Shown here one piece after another: positions 36,409 to 50,300 of a stretch of DNA of 64,000 bases. Within the stretch, counting starts at the first letter, position 1, and each line of letters starts with the position of its first letter. Below the pieces are notes generated by a model. The model did not search any database and was not told the DNA's origin. It saw only the letters and a list, made by a program, of their open reading frames with translations. Source of the stretch: Magallana gigas. Taxonomy: Eukaryota. The position numbers were made by a program, and so were the translations under genes. The stretch is taken from contig NC_088856.1 in NCBI RefSeq assembly GCF_963853765.1, positions 38,936,001 to 39,000,000 of the forward strand, in the 5' to 3' direction.

Positions 36409-39400
36409 TATTGCGATTATTCCAGGGAGTGAATAATATAAATTAACCTATGCATATTAACCCATCAAATATAATTAGTTACATATACTATCCCTGTATG
36501 CATTATTAATAGACACTGTATTGTAAGTTACACAAATAAACTTGTTAGGTTTTCTATACAAGTTTATACCTTAAAATACAACATGTGTTATATGTTCATA
36601 TAAAGTATTACCGGAAAACATTTAATGTTTTGACGTTCACTCTCGGAACATTTGACATTATCTCGCGATTGTGAAATTAACCTTGAAATCAAAGACAAAT
36701 ACAGCTTTAGTATGTGTAGAATTGAACACTTAATTTACAATGTATTCGAACTTTACAATGGTTACTACAAATTCTAAGAAGTCTTGGTCATCTCGTGTAA
36801 GCCCAGGAATTTGTGCTCACTTTAACGCTAAAGTTTCAATCGATCAAGAAATAACATCAATCACATTTCAAGCATATTTCATTTAAAGAATAAAGGAATG
36901 CAATTATCATACACCGACATTGTGTTACTGGATTGCGTAGATTACATTCTAGTCAAGGCACGTGGCACCCTTTTTGAAAAGAAGAGATGTCCTAAGGTTT
37001 ATTTTGTCAATTTCAAAACAATTGCGTGGGGGGGGGGGGGGGGACTCCTCATCAATTTAATTTTTTATATGTAAGTTTATAGTGTACTGAAAACTTTACC
37101 ATGAGTTAGGCGACTTTCTATACTGGAATATCCAAAAGGGCAAACATGTCTATATTTAATTTCCGTCTTGTCGAAGATCTAATGTATTTTATTTCACTAC
37201 TAAATTTAATAACATATTTTATTAAAATTAAACCAATTAGAATGCAATTGATCATAAGAGACATTTTCCATATGTTAAATAAAGCTGTAAATTATTCCAT
37301 TAAAGGATTTAAATCAACAGGTTAAAGTCTGTAAATTTCATGTCTTATCATTTTACAGAAGTAATAATAGCAATAATTTTATGCTATAATAGAAAAGTCT
37401 CAATTACTAGGAGAAAAGATTAAATTATGTCACGATTCAAGAATTCCGGGTACGTCAACGAATTAGTTTTTTGTGCCTCCCTAAACAAAAGGAATGAATG
37501 TAATATATAAATTTTCAAATGCCCTGACCATTAAAATGTGTTAATTCAAGTTGATAGGCCAGAATTTACGCGTCCATTCAAAGTGTTTCAGTTTTCTTCA
37601 GATGAATGGCAACTATTTTTATTCATTTTAAAGAATTTAAATTGAAATATCTTCTTAATTGGGACTCTGAACCATTTGAATAAAATAATTGACATAATTC
37701 TTAAGTGAACTAAGGTTATTGGTAAAAGTAAAAAAAAACCAAAAAACAAAATACAAATTATTTAAGGTCTGTCCATAGATGTGAAAAAAACTACAAAAAC
37801 ACTAAATGCACATCAACTGAGAACTTTGAGTTGTTTTTATAATAAAAATGATAAAATTGATCAGGTATTCGATTTGTATTTCAAGGAAATGTCTTCTATG
37901 TATTAAAATACCTTTCCATCTTCGAAGTTGAAATAGTAAATGTTAATTTCTCCTCGAAATTTTGAAATATTCCTCAAAATTCTTGGATGCATACATATTG
38001 TCTTTATATAAATTATTTCTATACTTTATTGATCTGTATCGCTGAACATATATTCAATATTTGATAAATAACTAAAACTATATATTGAATATTGGAGATA
38101 ATTCTATGTTTTAACATATGCACCTGATAAACTCTTCTTTAATATCATTTTTGCAACACTCATTTGTAAATGCAAATCGCACAGAACATTAGTTCCTCAA
38201 ATATAAAACACTTTTCATTTACATGATGCACAAATCAGTGCTCAATTGTGACTGATTACCTTTATTTTTAACCCATTTTGTGGAAAAACATGTACTTGTT
38301 CCCATAAAACTATCCTCACAATTTATTTGTAGTGTTTTTGCTTTACTAGCCAACACAATTCTCTTGAATACACAAACCGACCTTGGAAAGTGACAAATGA
38401 TATTTCTGTGCATATCAAGAGTTAAAAGTTATCATATGTACCTTTAAACAATCCGCCACTCACTTTACGCTGCCGATAATGGTGTTCAAAAGAACTCTGG
38501 GGACAAATTATTTGACGCCAATTGTAGTACATTAATTTTTCAAGGGAATGTTTTGCAAATTGTTTCTACGCATTGTATCTGTACATGTTTTATCCCGAAT
38601 TTTTTCGCAAAGCTTTTAATCTGCAGATATATAAAAATGAACTTATTGACTTCGAACAATACAACGTCGTCAAATTAGTATCAAAGCTATCACATGAAAG
38701 AACACAAAAATATACACTTGCAGTGTATCTTTCCCTAATTCTGACTGCTTTAATTTGCCGGAGTTTGAAGCCCAAAATTATGTTTTTATTATCAATATTG
38801 GTAATTTTTCATTTCTACTCAATTGAACTCTATCAAAGAAGTGTCAATAAGCAACGAATGATGTTTCGATCTGTAATAACTTGAAGAGTTTTTTTAACCT
38901 TACAATACTTCCCATGGTGATGGTGCAATTAGACACTAAACAAGAACATATTAGGGAAATTAATTAAATCAACAGAGAACATTTTAGAGTATATACCAGG
39001 TGTATAATCAATTGTACTTAATTAATTTTGTGAGAGCATGTTCCATGTTTTTAACACTCTTCTAGTTAATGTTTAACATTAATAGTCCAAAGTATTCAAA
39101 ACCCCAATTTCGAAAACGTTTGGAAAGAGATTACAAAGTGATACATGTGTCATGACAAATATTCTTTATTTTTAGCGGTCGTAAAACTTTCAATATTGGC
39201 TCAATTCACAGCAAATTGATTACTGAAACACAATGACCAATGTAGAAATATTAAGTGTGAAAAAACATATGTGTAAGTCATCCAATACTTATTATCTAGC
39301 ACACACCAGTAGCAATATATAGCGATTAAATAGGGCCCTCAGCAAAATTTTACATAACTTCTTATTCAAATGTCATTACATACAAACATTGCGACTCTAA

Positions 39401-40242
39401 ATCGTACAAAAACAGATTCTGACATTGTAATGGAATAAGATCTCATCCTGGTTGTTAAAGAATTATATCTTTAAGGTTAAATATATGTTCCAATACACAT
39501 ATTGCATATGGGGCCTCCAATTTGATAAAGACAGGTGCAAGAAAGATTCAATTTATGAGCAAACACTTAAGTATGTAAATTACTGTCGTATGACATATCA
39601 CATTTTCATTAAAAGTCAACCAGAAGAATTATGCATTTTTGTTATACTAAGTTGTATTTTTTACTATTATATAGTTGTTGACTGGGTTATATGGCAACTG
39701 CAGGCGACTGTTGGACCGGGTCGCCAACTGTTGCCCAAGGCCAAAGTCCGCGGGAAGAGTTTGTGAGCCGGTATGACAGATCAAATGTTGCCCTTGACCC
39801 CAGTCAAGAACTCTTTTGTTATATCGCTACTTATTTAGTGACTTTTTGAACAGTCGAATTTAACAGTTACAATCAAACAATCAATATATTGGACTTTTTG
39901 TATATGGAAGGATATACCAAGGGTATAGGAAAGGTATAACAAATTCATTTATTGAGAAACATTTATTCAAATTTTTACCTGGCCAGCGTATATTAACCAG
40001 TCAATATATTTGTTTAGTATTGACCAGATAGGAATAGTATCCTATGGATGTCTCCACTATTTCAGTAATTTTATTCTTATATGTAGGTCCGTTGACTGTA
40101 ACAAAGAAAACCGTCGCGAATCGAAAAAATTGACGTTTTTTAGGGAAACAGTAAAGCTGGTAAGAAAGGAAAAAAGTTAATTTTGTTTAACATGTGTATC
40201 AAGGGAAAGGAATTCTGTAATTACATAAAACTTCACAGGGTA

Positions 40243-40442
40243 CTGTGCTTTCATCAGTATTCGCTGATTACCAATTTTCGTGGACCTAGTTGTTAAGTTT
40301 ATCCATGAAATTAAATGTTCATTGAAGTGCAGTATTAATTTGTTCTGATGGGGTCATTGGCCACGAATTTACGTATCCTTGAAACTGTGATTTTCACTTT
40401 ATCCACGAAAATTGATACCCTTGAATATTAATGATACCACAG
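40243..40442. mobile_element. 200-bp MITE with TA TSD (Tc1/mariner-type ends), specific to unit 2
   Basis: TA|CTGTGCTTTCATCAGTATTC ... GAATATTAATGATACCACAG|TA; absent at the paralogous site near 14880. Confidence 0.75.
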
Positions 40443-41596
40443 TATTAAATCCAATTTGAAAACAGGTATTGAATGTTTTATTTATAGTTGATTATAATGT
40501 TTAGTTTATACAAGTTGTTCAGTTATTGTATAATAACTGAACAACTTGTATAAATTGAAATAGTGGATAAATAATTAAAAAAAAAAAGCTTTGTTGTTTT
40601 TTGGAGGCACATGCTCAGCATTACAGTGCTGCTTCTCCATTTTATGACTGTCCTACTAAAAGGCAGGTTTATTTAAAGTAATTAAAAAATAATGGAATAT
40701 TTTACAAAACGATAATAAAACATATCACATCATTTTCAGAGATTTCATTAAAGTTGCCATCAACATTTTCATTCTGAAACGTTGAACTGATCAGTAAATC
40801 AAGCTAATTATTTAACATTATTGCAAATACTATATTGAATTACATTTATTTTCTTCTTTAGCTGTTCTATAAGCTGAAAAGGTAACAAGCAGGTTTAAAC
40901 ATTTATTTGTTTTAGCTATGTACATAAAATACTTACTTACATTCCATATGTTTCAACATGGTCACATTCAAAAAGCAAGTGTATTACATTTTCCTTTTGT
41001 TCAATGTACATCCTGACATCCTTTTTTCAATTTTTCTGACACACATACATTTTTACATAACGCATTATTTAAAAGCTTGTAACTGCTACTTGTTTATATT
41101 CGATATTTCAAATCATGCATTCATAAACATGGTTTTTTTTCTAATGTTTCCCACCGTAAATTCCAAATCATTTACAGTCATGATTTAAAACAGAGTGAAA
41201 GGACAACATTTATATATCATTTAAAGCATTTAAAACTAACTAATATGTTTAATTGATGCAAAATGGGTTTTTTTAATTTCTGTGTTACAGTTCTGCATTC
41301 ACAATAACCAGGAATAACAGCTAAATAGTCATTACTGCTAACAACTTAACCCGAAAACCGTGTCATATAGATATTAGTTCATGTTTTCATTGATGCTTGT
41401 ACTAAATCTCTAGTTAAATAATTTAAAAGCTATTATCACCAAGAAATTCTTTGCCATATTCCACTGGATATGCATTCAATTAGGTTTTATAAAACTCGCC
41501 AAAATACACACTTGCACCATGTTATGTAAATAATTTCTTTTGAAGCTTTCTGTTTAAGCTGATGGCTTTTAAATTTATTCAAACATGTTCGTTTTA

Positions 41597-44500
41597 TTAG
41601 TCATTGTCAGATTGATTAACTGATTCATGACCTTCTACCGTAGATAAAACTGTTATATTCAAAATTTCTTCATAATGTACTGGTTCTTGCATGCTGTTAT
41701 CTGAAAGATTTTCTTTAGTATGACAATTCAATATACGCCTTTGTGAACATTTCTTTTGTATCAGTTTATACGCGAAAACAAACATCAGTGTTATCAAAAT
41801 CAAGCTAACTACAGAAACAACCATTATTGACATGTTATTTGTATTAAACAGTGTACCTAATGTGTCCTGGAACAAGGTTTCTTTAGATTGGCTTATCTCA
41901 ACAGTCTTATTATCCATTTCAACAGTCTTATTATCCATCTCAGCAGTTTTATTATCCATTTCAACAGTCTTTTTATCCATCTCAACAGTCTTATTAACCA
42001 TTTCACTAGTTTTGTTATCCATCTTAACAGTCTTATTATCCATTGCTGAAATGAGAACGGAAGTTATGACGTACATGGTCGTTGTCTTGTCTAAAAATGA
42101 TTGAAGCTGTTTAAAGTATGTATACCGTATTACACAATGTTTTGCTTTTGTGGTGTTGTGCACTAGACTAAAAGGTTATCAGTATAATAGGCTATGTAAA
42201 AAAAACCTTAAAACAGACAAAAAGTAAACGGTTACCTTTTGTTTACTTGCATATGACGTATTATGAGTATTTTGTTTTTTGCTTTGTTTTTTTTTTTTTG
42301 GGGGGGGGGGGGGCGGGGGGGTTATCTGCATCACCTTACAGAAATCATTTTCTAATAATTATTTCTATACTATCTAAAAACAAAAGACCATATCTGCAGT
42401 ATTTGTATATAGGTGATAATCTATAACTATCCAATAACTATCGAACTTAATTTGTATGGAATTTTATCTGATCTTGTAATAACAAGAGATTCGAAGTGTA
42501 TACTCTTAATTTATGAATACAATATCTTTCCTTTTACGTTGACATCAGACACACCCACTTACTTGAACATCCAATTGAAAAATCACATTCTTCCTCAAGA
42601 CAGATGCACATATGCTGACAACCAGCTCCAAAATAAGGATATTTACAAGGTTGACTGCAATTATTACCGTAAAACCCAGGCAAACAACCTAAAAAAAAAA
42701 ACAAAAACAAGATAAAAACATATAATTTATGATATTTATACATGTTGGTAGAATGATACAGTTGTTCCATATCATAGAATCATTGGGTCAATTTTAAAAT
42801 GACAATCGGTAATGTAAAACGTATTTTTATGAAGAGATATATTGGGGATTCCAACCGATTGCAGAATTTCTTTCATGTTATTCACAATTCGTTCCAATTA
42901 ATTAACCGTTTCTTGTATAAAAACAACATAAAGTTTTGAAAGATATGTAAAGTTACTTTTAAATGATTTTAACAGTGATCATAATAAAAACGATACGAAT
43001 ATTCTATGTATTTGTATATCAAAATTTTATAGAAAACTTTCATCCAATGATTGTTTTTCAAGAACATATCTACAACAACGAGCAAATAGTCAATATATAG
43101 TTTTCCACATGTCATGATTTTGTGCTCAGTTAAACTTCTTAACTAAAAAATATTCAAATTTTGTCCAAGACAAGGTTAACATGTAAATCTTCGTTTAAGA
43201 TAATATGTTTGGATTTCATACATCATGTGCCTGTTTTAGAAAATAGCATTATAATTTTATGTAATGGATTAATGCCATGTTAAATAAAAACTTTAAGGTA
43301 AAATAAACACAAATATACCCGTACCTATAGCTGTAACGGACTCATCAGTGCTTGTTCCATTCATTAACAATTATTGAAAAGTTAAGTATAGCAGGCAAGC
43401 AGTTATTGTTGTTGTTATAACATACAATAACACCTACAGACCCATTATTTTCCGTGATCTCAGCCCTGGGACCTAAACAGTCTCTTATTTAACTTGATTA
43501 AATAACAGCTTCGAAATTTAAAACTCAAAATTGAAATGAAATTGCGTTTAAATAATTATCATTTTCATTTTATCCGAGTAACCAATTACTATTTTTGTAA
43601 CCGGCTACCAACGATCTGATCGAGTAACCGATTAGAAATTGCCATCTCTAACATATATACAATATTTTTTTATTAAGAAACTTACCTGCACAGTTTTTAG
43701 AGGTTTCGTTCCAAACGGATTCCTGATGACATTTATGTGGCGTTTTTCTGTGGATTAATGAAATGAAGTTTCAAGCAAAATGAGCTTCAATTTTTATGCT
43801 GAAACCTTTTTTAGAATTTTTACTAAAATGACAAAACATGTCATGGTTTTTTAATTTCCGATAGCATTTTGGGGGAAAAGGCGTTCAGAAGCCTTAATTG
43901 AAGCAAGATTGAATTAATGTCGTCCTGTACAAAAATTAAATTGATATATATTACTTAGAAGAGAAATCTTTCTTCTGACAAAAATTAATGAATTTTTTAA
44001 AGGGGCATGGTCACGATTTTGATCGAAAATTATTTTTTCGATTTTAATGTTTACAATGCTTCAGTAAGGCATTTTTAATAGGCAACCAAAATTTGATTGT
44101 CATTTGTTGCGTTATAAGCGAGTTACAGAGCTTACAATTCTTCGCTATGTAAACAAAGCTTTTGTTTACATTTTGAATGTTGAAGTGAAAATTCAAGTTT
44201 TAGACCCCAAATGAATGTGTTAATCGTTAGTAACTGTTTATTTATGCTAAAAATGAATAAAAAGATAGACAAATCAGCTTGAAAAAGATTTTTTACTGGT
44301 ATATTGTACCTATGTAAACAAAAACAGGGCACGAGCCTTGTTTACATGACGAAGAATTGTGAGCCCTGTATCTTGCTTAAAACTCATTGACTGGCACCCA
44401 AATTTCATTTGATCATTACAAATGCATTCCTAAAGCATTGTAAATAATAAAAACAGAAAAATAAAATTTGACCAAAATCGTGACCATGCCCCTTTAAAAC

Positions 44501-47334
44501 TTTTTAATTATAAAAGTTGCAGTTATATGCAAACTTAGCATATTAGCAGGTTTTTACAAAAGAGTTATATATAAGTACAAGTTGCTGTCCTTTAAAAAAG
44601 GACTACAATACGTGGATCATTTACATGTGTTTCCAACGAAAACGTGATTTCAAGCCTTAAGATTATCAGAGATTCCACCGACTCTAGCCCTCAGCTTTTA
44701 ACCACTAAATTTGTACGTTGTATTACGTATACATGTATGTATAGCCCTGACTTTTTATCTCAGAATTTAAAAGATTCATACTTCTAAAATAATTATGATC
44801 TATCTATGAGTGAAGTTTGCATGTATAGTATCAGGCATTCGGTGAATTCTACTATTTGCGCACATGCACATAACGATTCGCACTACTTAGTTACAGCTTT
44901 GTGTAAATTAAAAATTTCATAATTTGTTGCATTTTTTTAGATTTAAACTTTTATAGTGACATAATTATTCAATCATACTTAAATGCTTTAAAAAATTTAA
45001 TCGGGAAGTTCTCTAGCCTCGCCTACTATAAATGTAAAGTTAAGTTACATGTGTATTCGGAAAACAACAGAACATTGCAAATTGTGCTATTTGATGCATA
45101 AAATTGACTTATTTCAAAATACTGATAGTTCATATCACATTGCAATCATTTTTTTAAAAGGAATACTTTGTTTCTGTACTGTTTACCGACAACTTTACAA
45201 TTACAGCGCCTTTGAACTTATGTGTGCATATGGCACGGAATCCCGATCCCGATTCAGATAAACGTGTGCTAGCCTGGTTCCCTGAGCTAACCATTACGCA
45301 CAGGAACCAGGCTAGCACATGCGCAGGCTGAAATTTCCCCATAGCATCCGGTTTAACCTCGCTTATATATTTTCTGCGTGGACCTCAGGGTCCACGCAAT
45401 AATATGATTTGAGCTTTCTGCAAACATTTCTCTAAAAAATCGAGGTAATAAAATTCATAAAAAACAACAGAAATCATAACTTTAAAGAGCGATTGTGAGA
45501 CTGTCGGGTATGTATTTTGCGTAACACTGCCTTGAAAACGTTCGTTATAAGTTCCTGTGCTGTTAGTAGAATTGTCATAAAAAATACATCCTTCAATTTT
45601 ATCATATTTCAAAAATCACGTTTGATATATTCTATTCAACAAACGAGGATAATAATGTTTGATGATGACAATGTATTTTCACAATTTTCTTAAATACCAG
45701 TATCTCAACCAATTTATAATTGATATTGCGTTTTTCTAAGTGAATTTTACATCCATATGTTGTTAAATTATAATCAGAAAAAGTTTACTAGATACCAAGA
45801 CTTGTTTTTACGTTGAGGCTATGGTTTTTTTATGTACTCATGTAAATCCCTGTTAATGATAAGCACTAATATAGGTCATCACACTTTTCAAATACTAGTT
45901 AATGCAGTTAGATACTGATATACATNNNNNNNNNNNNNNNNNNNNNNNNNNNNNNNNNNNNNNNNNNNNNNNNNNNNNNNNNNNNNNNNNNNNNNNNNNN
46001 NNNNNNNNNNNNNNNNNNNNNNNNNNNNNNNNNNNNNNNNNNNNNNNNNNNNNNNNNNNNNNNNNNNNNNNNNNNNNNNNNNNNNNNNNNNNNNNNNNNN
46101 NNNNNNNNNNNNNNNNNNNNNNNNNNNNNNNNNNNNNNNNNNNACTAGTATCCATTGGTTTTTTTTCAAAAGTTCTTCTTTACATCTCCATATTTTATTT
46201 TAAATATATGAACTTAATATATATTATCCATAAAAAAAACCAAAATGTTGGTTTAATTCTTTTATATTGCCGTTATATGTTTTCATTAAGGTATAGGAGG
46301 ATAACCAAAACATTTTGAGGAGACATCTTTTCAATAGTTCGCTATTAGCTCGAAACTCTCACCTTAACATATCAATTGCATTTTCTTTTAACAATGTTTA
46401 AAAAAAAAATAAAGGACAATAGTGCTTTTGAATGTGCTAAATAACAACCATTCCGTCTTAATAATTAATTGATAATAATTTTTGCAAATTCCTAACAGTG
46501 CATTTCTTTTCTTTATTCTTTGTCCTAGAAATCCACGTTTTTGCTCTTATGGATATACATTATTATAAAGACTATGGTTGAATTGACGATAAGCAAATTT
46601 CTCTTTTCAAAGTGTTTGTTGTGTAAACAAGGCATGGATTAGGGGAAAAATGTCATTTTCAGCAATTTGGATAGAAAAGAGAAGTGTGTGTAATGGAAAT
46701 TTAAGCTAATTGTTATATATACAAAAATCTAACAGCTCGGGGGGGGGGGGGGGGGGAATGTCGAAGAAATTCAAGTGATACTCCACCAATGCTGATATTT
46801 TTTAAACAATTTGAATTTTGTTTTTTATCATTTTGATCAGGTTTCAATAAATATGCTATAGACATTTCGTATTTAAACACGATGGACGGTCAGCTAATTT
46901 TCATTTACTAGAAATGACCATTAAAGTCTTGAGTAAAATACCCTGTTTCAAATAACGGCTTCTGTTCTTAAATATCCCTCGTAGCTTGTGAAAATATGAT
47001 TACATATATGTATCAGGCAATCAATCAACCAAGAAATTATTGAAACTTACTGCTATATGATATATGAATGAACTATCAACATGAAAAAACTTAAACAATT
47101 GTTCATGGTCATTTAACCATTTGAAGGTTGACAAATTATACATGAATGTCTACATATTTTTTTATATTGTTATATTATGATTTACATAACCTTTTAATTT
47201 AGAAACAATCAATAGCTGAACTGAATTAAATCTTACCCTATCTTGCTATCGCAGCTGGTTTCGGTCAATGCTAATGTCATAATAATAAATATTGAAACAA
47301 TTATGGAAAACCAATAGTCCAAACGTACTCCCAT
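41597..47334 (-). CDS. Gene B2: EGF-module type-I membrane receptor with heptad-repeat stalk and ITIM-like motif (259 aa)
   Basis: Exons 47237-47334, 43686-43747, 42563-42688, 41597-42090; GT-AG, phases 2/1/1, 780 nt, open. Protein: MGVRLDYWFSIIVSIFIIMTLALTETSCDSKIG-KTPHKCHQESVWNETSKNCA-GCLPGFYGNNCSQPCKYPYFGAGCQHMCICLEEECDFSIGCS-NKTTT...(DNKTVEM)x7...TM...EPVHYEEILNITVLSTVEGHESVNQSDND*. Intron 1 spans an N gap. Confidence 0.8.
41894..42040 (-). repeat. Coding 21-bp tandem repeat x7 in the B2 stalk
   Basis: DNKTVKM DNKTSEM VNKTVEM DKKTVEM DNKTAEM DNKTVEM DNKTVEI. Confidence 0.9.
44001..44493. mobile_element. 493-bp MITE with TTAA TSD and RR termini (Kolobok-type), in B2 intron 1
   Basis: TTAA|AGGGGCATGGTCACGATTTTGATC ... 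GACCAAAATCGTGACCATGCCCCT|TTAA, 23/24 TIR match; not seen in the B1 intron. Confidence 0.85.
45926..46143. other. Assembly gap (218 N)
   Basis: Run of N. Confidence 1.
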
Positions 47335-50300
47335 GGTGTTACAGTCACCTTTTTCTTCAAGTCTACTGCACTAGCACTATATTTTATATTTTGTTAATTA
47401 GAAACGGGAGAAAGTTAAATACGCAATAGCATAAATACTTATCTATAAATCTACATGAATTTATTTCAGAATCGAGTCTCTTGAGGCCAAAAATACGCCC
47501 TACAAAAGTACAGGGAAATTATTTCAATCAGCAGGAAATAATTTACAATTATTGAAACTTTGCATAATATTAAAACATGTGTGTAGAGAGGAAAACACTG
47601 TTTTAATATTTTTTGACTTTCGAACATTTTGTTTGTTTGCTTTGATTTTCCTTCGGTAATTGTTGGTTGTTTTTGTTTTGTTTTGTTTTGGGTTTTTTGT
47701 GGGTTTTTTTGCAACGTCAACAAACCTTCATATAAAAACAAATTACCGTATATTATATAACAGTTGCAAATGTTCGGGCTGATATAATTATTAATAGTTT
47801 CAATAGTTTTTAAACGATCATTACTTACTCAATTCTCAAAAAATAAGTTTCTAATACACAATGATTCATGATTCACGATATCAAGTAATTTGGCATAAAT
47901 GTCAATATTACTATAGTATCCAGTCCCAGTTTTAAAGTTATAAGTACATGTACCTTCAATAACAACAGTTTGACATTATATAAATATACTCTGCTTGCTC
48001 GTGCTTCCTTTTCATTCGCGTTGTAAAGAAAAGCAAAGAAATCAAAGACGTATTATAAATATAACATCAAATTGAACTCGTTATATTCCCGCGGATTAAA
48101 CATTGAAATGTTCCTTCTGATAAATGCATTACACTTTAAGTTACGTGCACAAGCACCTCACCGTTAAGTATAGACCGTGATTACTACGCGATACATACTA
48201 TTAGTTGTATGATTTATTTATGGTTCAGATAAGAGGATGATGAACATTTGCAATGTTAAGCTGTCATATCTATCCAATCAAACAGAGTTTCCGTTGTAAT
48301 GAGGAACGGGATACAAAGTGGGGAAAATCAAATATCGGCAGGAATGAAGAATGTCCAAAAGAGACAATTTGATATGCATTGAACTATCGTTGAGTCTTAT
48401 TGAAAATCGGAAGCAAATGTCCAAATGCAATTATTTCAGCTAACATAATACCAATAATGCAGCATGTTACCAGGACAGCACATTTATATATTCATATGCA
48501 ATTGGGTTTTACGTTGATTATGTTTGTAAAAGGGAAGGAGGTGGTTGGAAACAAAAGTGTAACCCCTGGATTGGGTTAGAGATTAACCTTTTTAAAAAAG
48601 ATATACTTCTTTTTTGGAATTTTGACAAGATTAGTTGACAATGAAAATAATCATTTATAGCTTATGCTGCGCTCAATTAAAATATCACATACATGTAGAA
48701 AAGCATTTCATTAATGAAAGTTTCCGTTTTCAACGTAATATCTAGTTGCTTTAGATTAGATTTCTCCATAACAGGAGGAAGTACGTATTGAGTGAGTATC
48801 ATGTTGGTGTTTAGAATCAATAAGATCAGAAATCATAGTTGGTAAATAATTAATGAAAGTATTATAGATGTTGCAATTTTGTTTTGTTTATTTTTTTAAT
48901 TCAGGATATCAGCTTAAGGTTTCTTTAATATTTCATTCAAGTTTTTTAAGATATGCATACATTTGAAAATCTATGCTTATACATACATAACGTTGGCCAT
49001 CTATATAATACAGTTTTTTTAATTTAAAAAAAGTTGTTCATTTAAACAATGTAGTATGAAGTACAGTCGTTCTTTTGACGCTTTCATAAGATTGTCCTTG
49101 ACTTTTTTTCTCATTGAGATTTTTTATTTAAGAGATTGCAATTGTGCTAGATAACACCTTACGTGATTTACAGCTGAGGGCACTGACGTTCATTTGTTCA
49201 TATTTTAATTTATATTTATTACATTTTCGCCTTTGTGATTATGTACAGATCTTTTCTTGGTATTCTTTCAGAATCATAAGGTAAAATATCATGAAGAAAT
49301 AAAAAAAAAAAGACCTAAAACCATTTGTAGGAATTGTTACGTTCGAATTCTGAAAGCCCAGTGTTTATGGAAAACGAAAAGTAATTACATGTGATCCGTG
49401 CAACATTTCGTACATAAACTAAAATTCCGCAAAATGAGATTTGAACCCCGAAAGGCTATTTGTATTGGACAACAGGTTCTATAAATGTCAGTCTTTTACG
49501 CACTTAATTAAACACCAGATGATTCAACAAAATCGAAATGTATAAATTACAGAAATACAACGACAATAGTATTATTATAATAATTCACATTAAGTGCTAA
49601 TATTGAATGCGTATTCTATTATTTCTAATCTGATATATTTGTAAAATATTATTCAAACATTCAATAGATAATTTTTATGGGGACTGTGATCATGTACGTA
49701 AAACCATCACGATATGAACGATTCCTGATTCTACTAGTTTGTAATTACAAACCAAATGTTCGCTTTTTCAATAAACAGAACGTTTGATACATATTTGGAA
49801 ATCTAAACTAATTTCCTGTTAATATCAATATGATCATTTTAAAGAGTGGAGCATTATTATTTCCGCAATTAATTTCAGTTGTAAACACTTTACTTTTAAA
49901 ATTTTGGACAAAGTTTAACAAAACGACCATTGTTAACAAAGTTAAGATATACAAATAAATAAAATGTTGAAACAAACATCGATCTTTGTAACACAGTAAA
50001 TGTGGAGCATTAAATTTATGATGCATTTACATTTCTAACATTAAAGAGGTGGTTTGCTTTATTAGAGTAAATTAAAACCACTTTTTTCTGCATTGGTACC
50101 AATGTGTTCGAATCTTCTCCTATTTCAATTTTAGATAAGTGAATTTGTTCTGTAAATTGCATTTGATTAATGATATTTTGGTTATTCTTTTTTTTCGTTT
50201 TTCTTGTGTTTGACACATGTTTGACACACTATACCTACACTGTATATCTGAGACATGGATGTAGCTTCTCGTGGGAAAGCAAATTATATATTTCCAAGTG

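Noticed and set aside
16343-42040. 21-bp repeats or the hairpin elements as a CRISPR-like array
   Set aside because: Eukaryotic context, no unique spacers and no cas genes; the repeats are contiguous and coding.
45154-45342. ORF MGKFQPAHVLAWFLCVMVSSG as the signal-peptide exon of B2
   Set aside because: It overlaps a hairpin repeat and has no counterpart in B1. The exon at 47237-47334 is homologous to B1 exon 1 and has the right phase.
45888-46318. ORFs spanning the N run, and ORF 56299-56661 with IY repeats
   Set aside because: Artefacts of the gap and of the (TA)n microsatellite.
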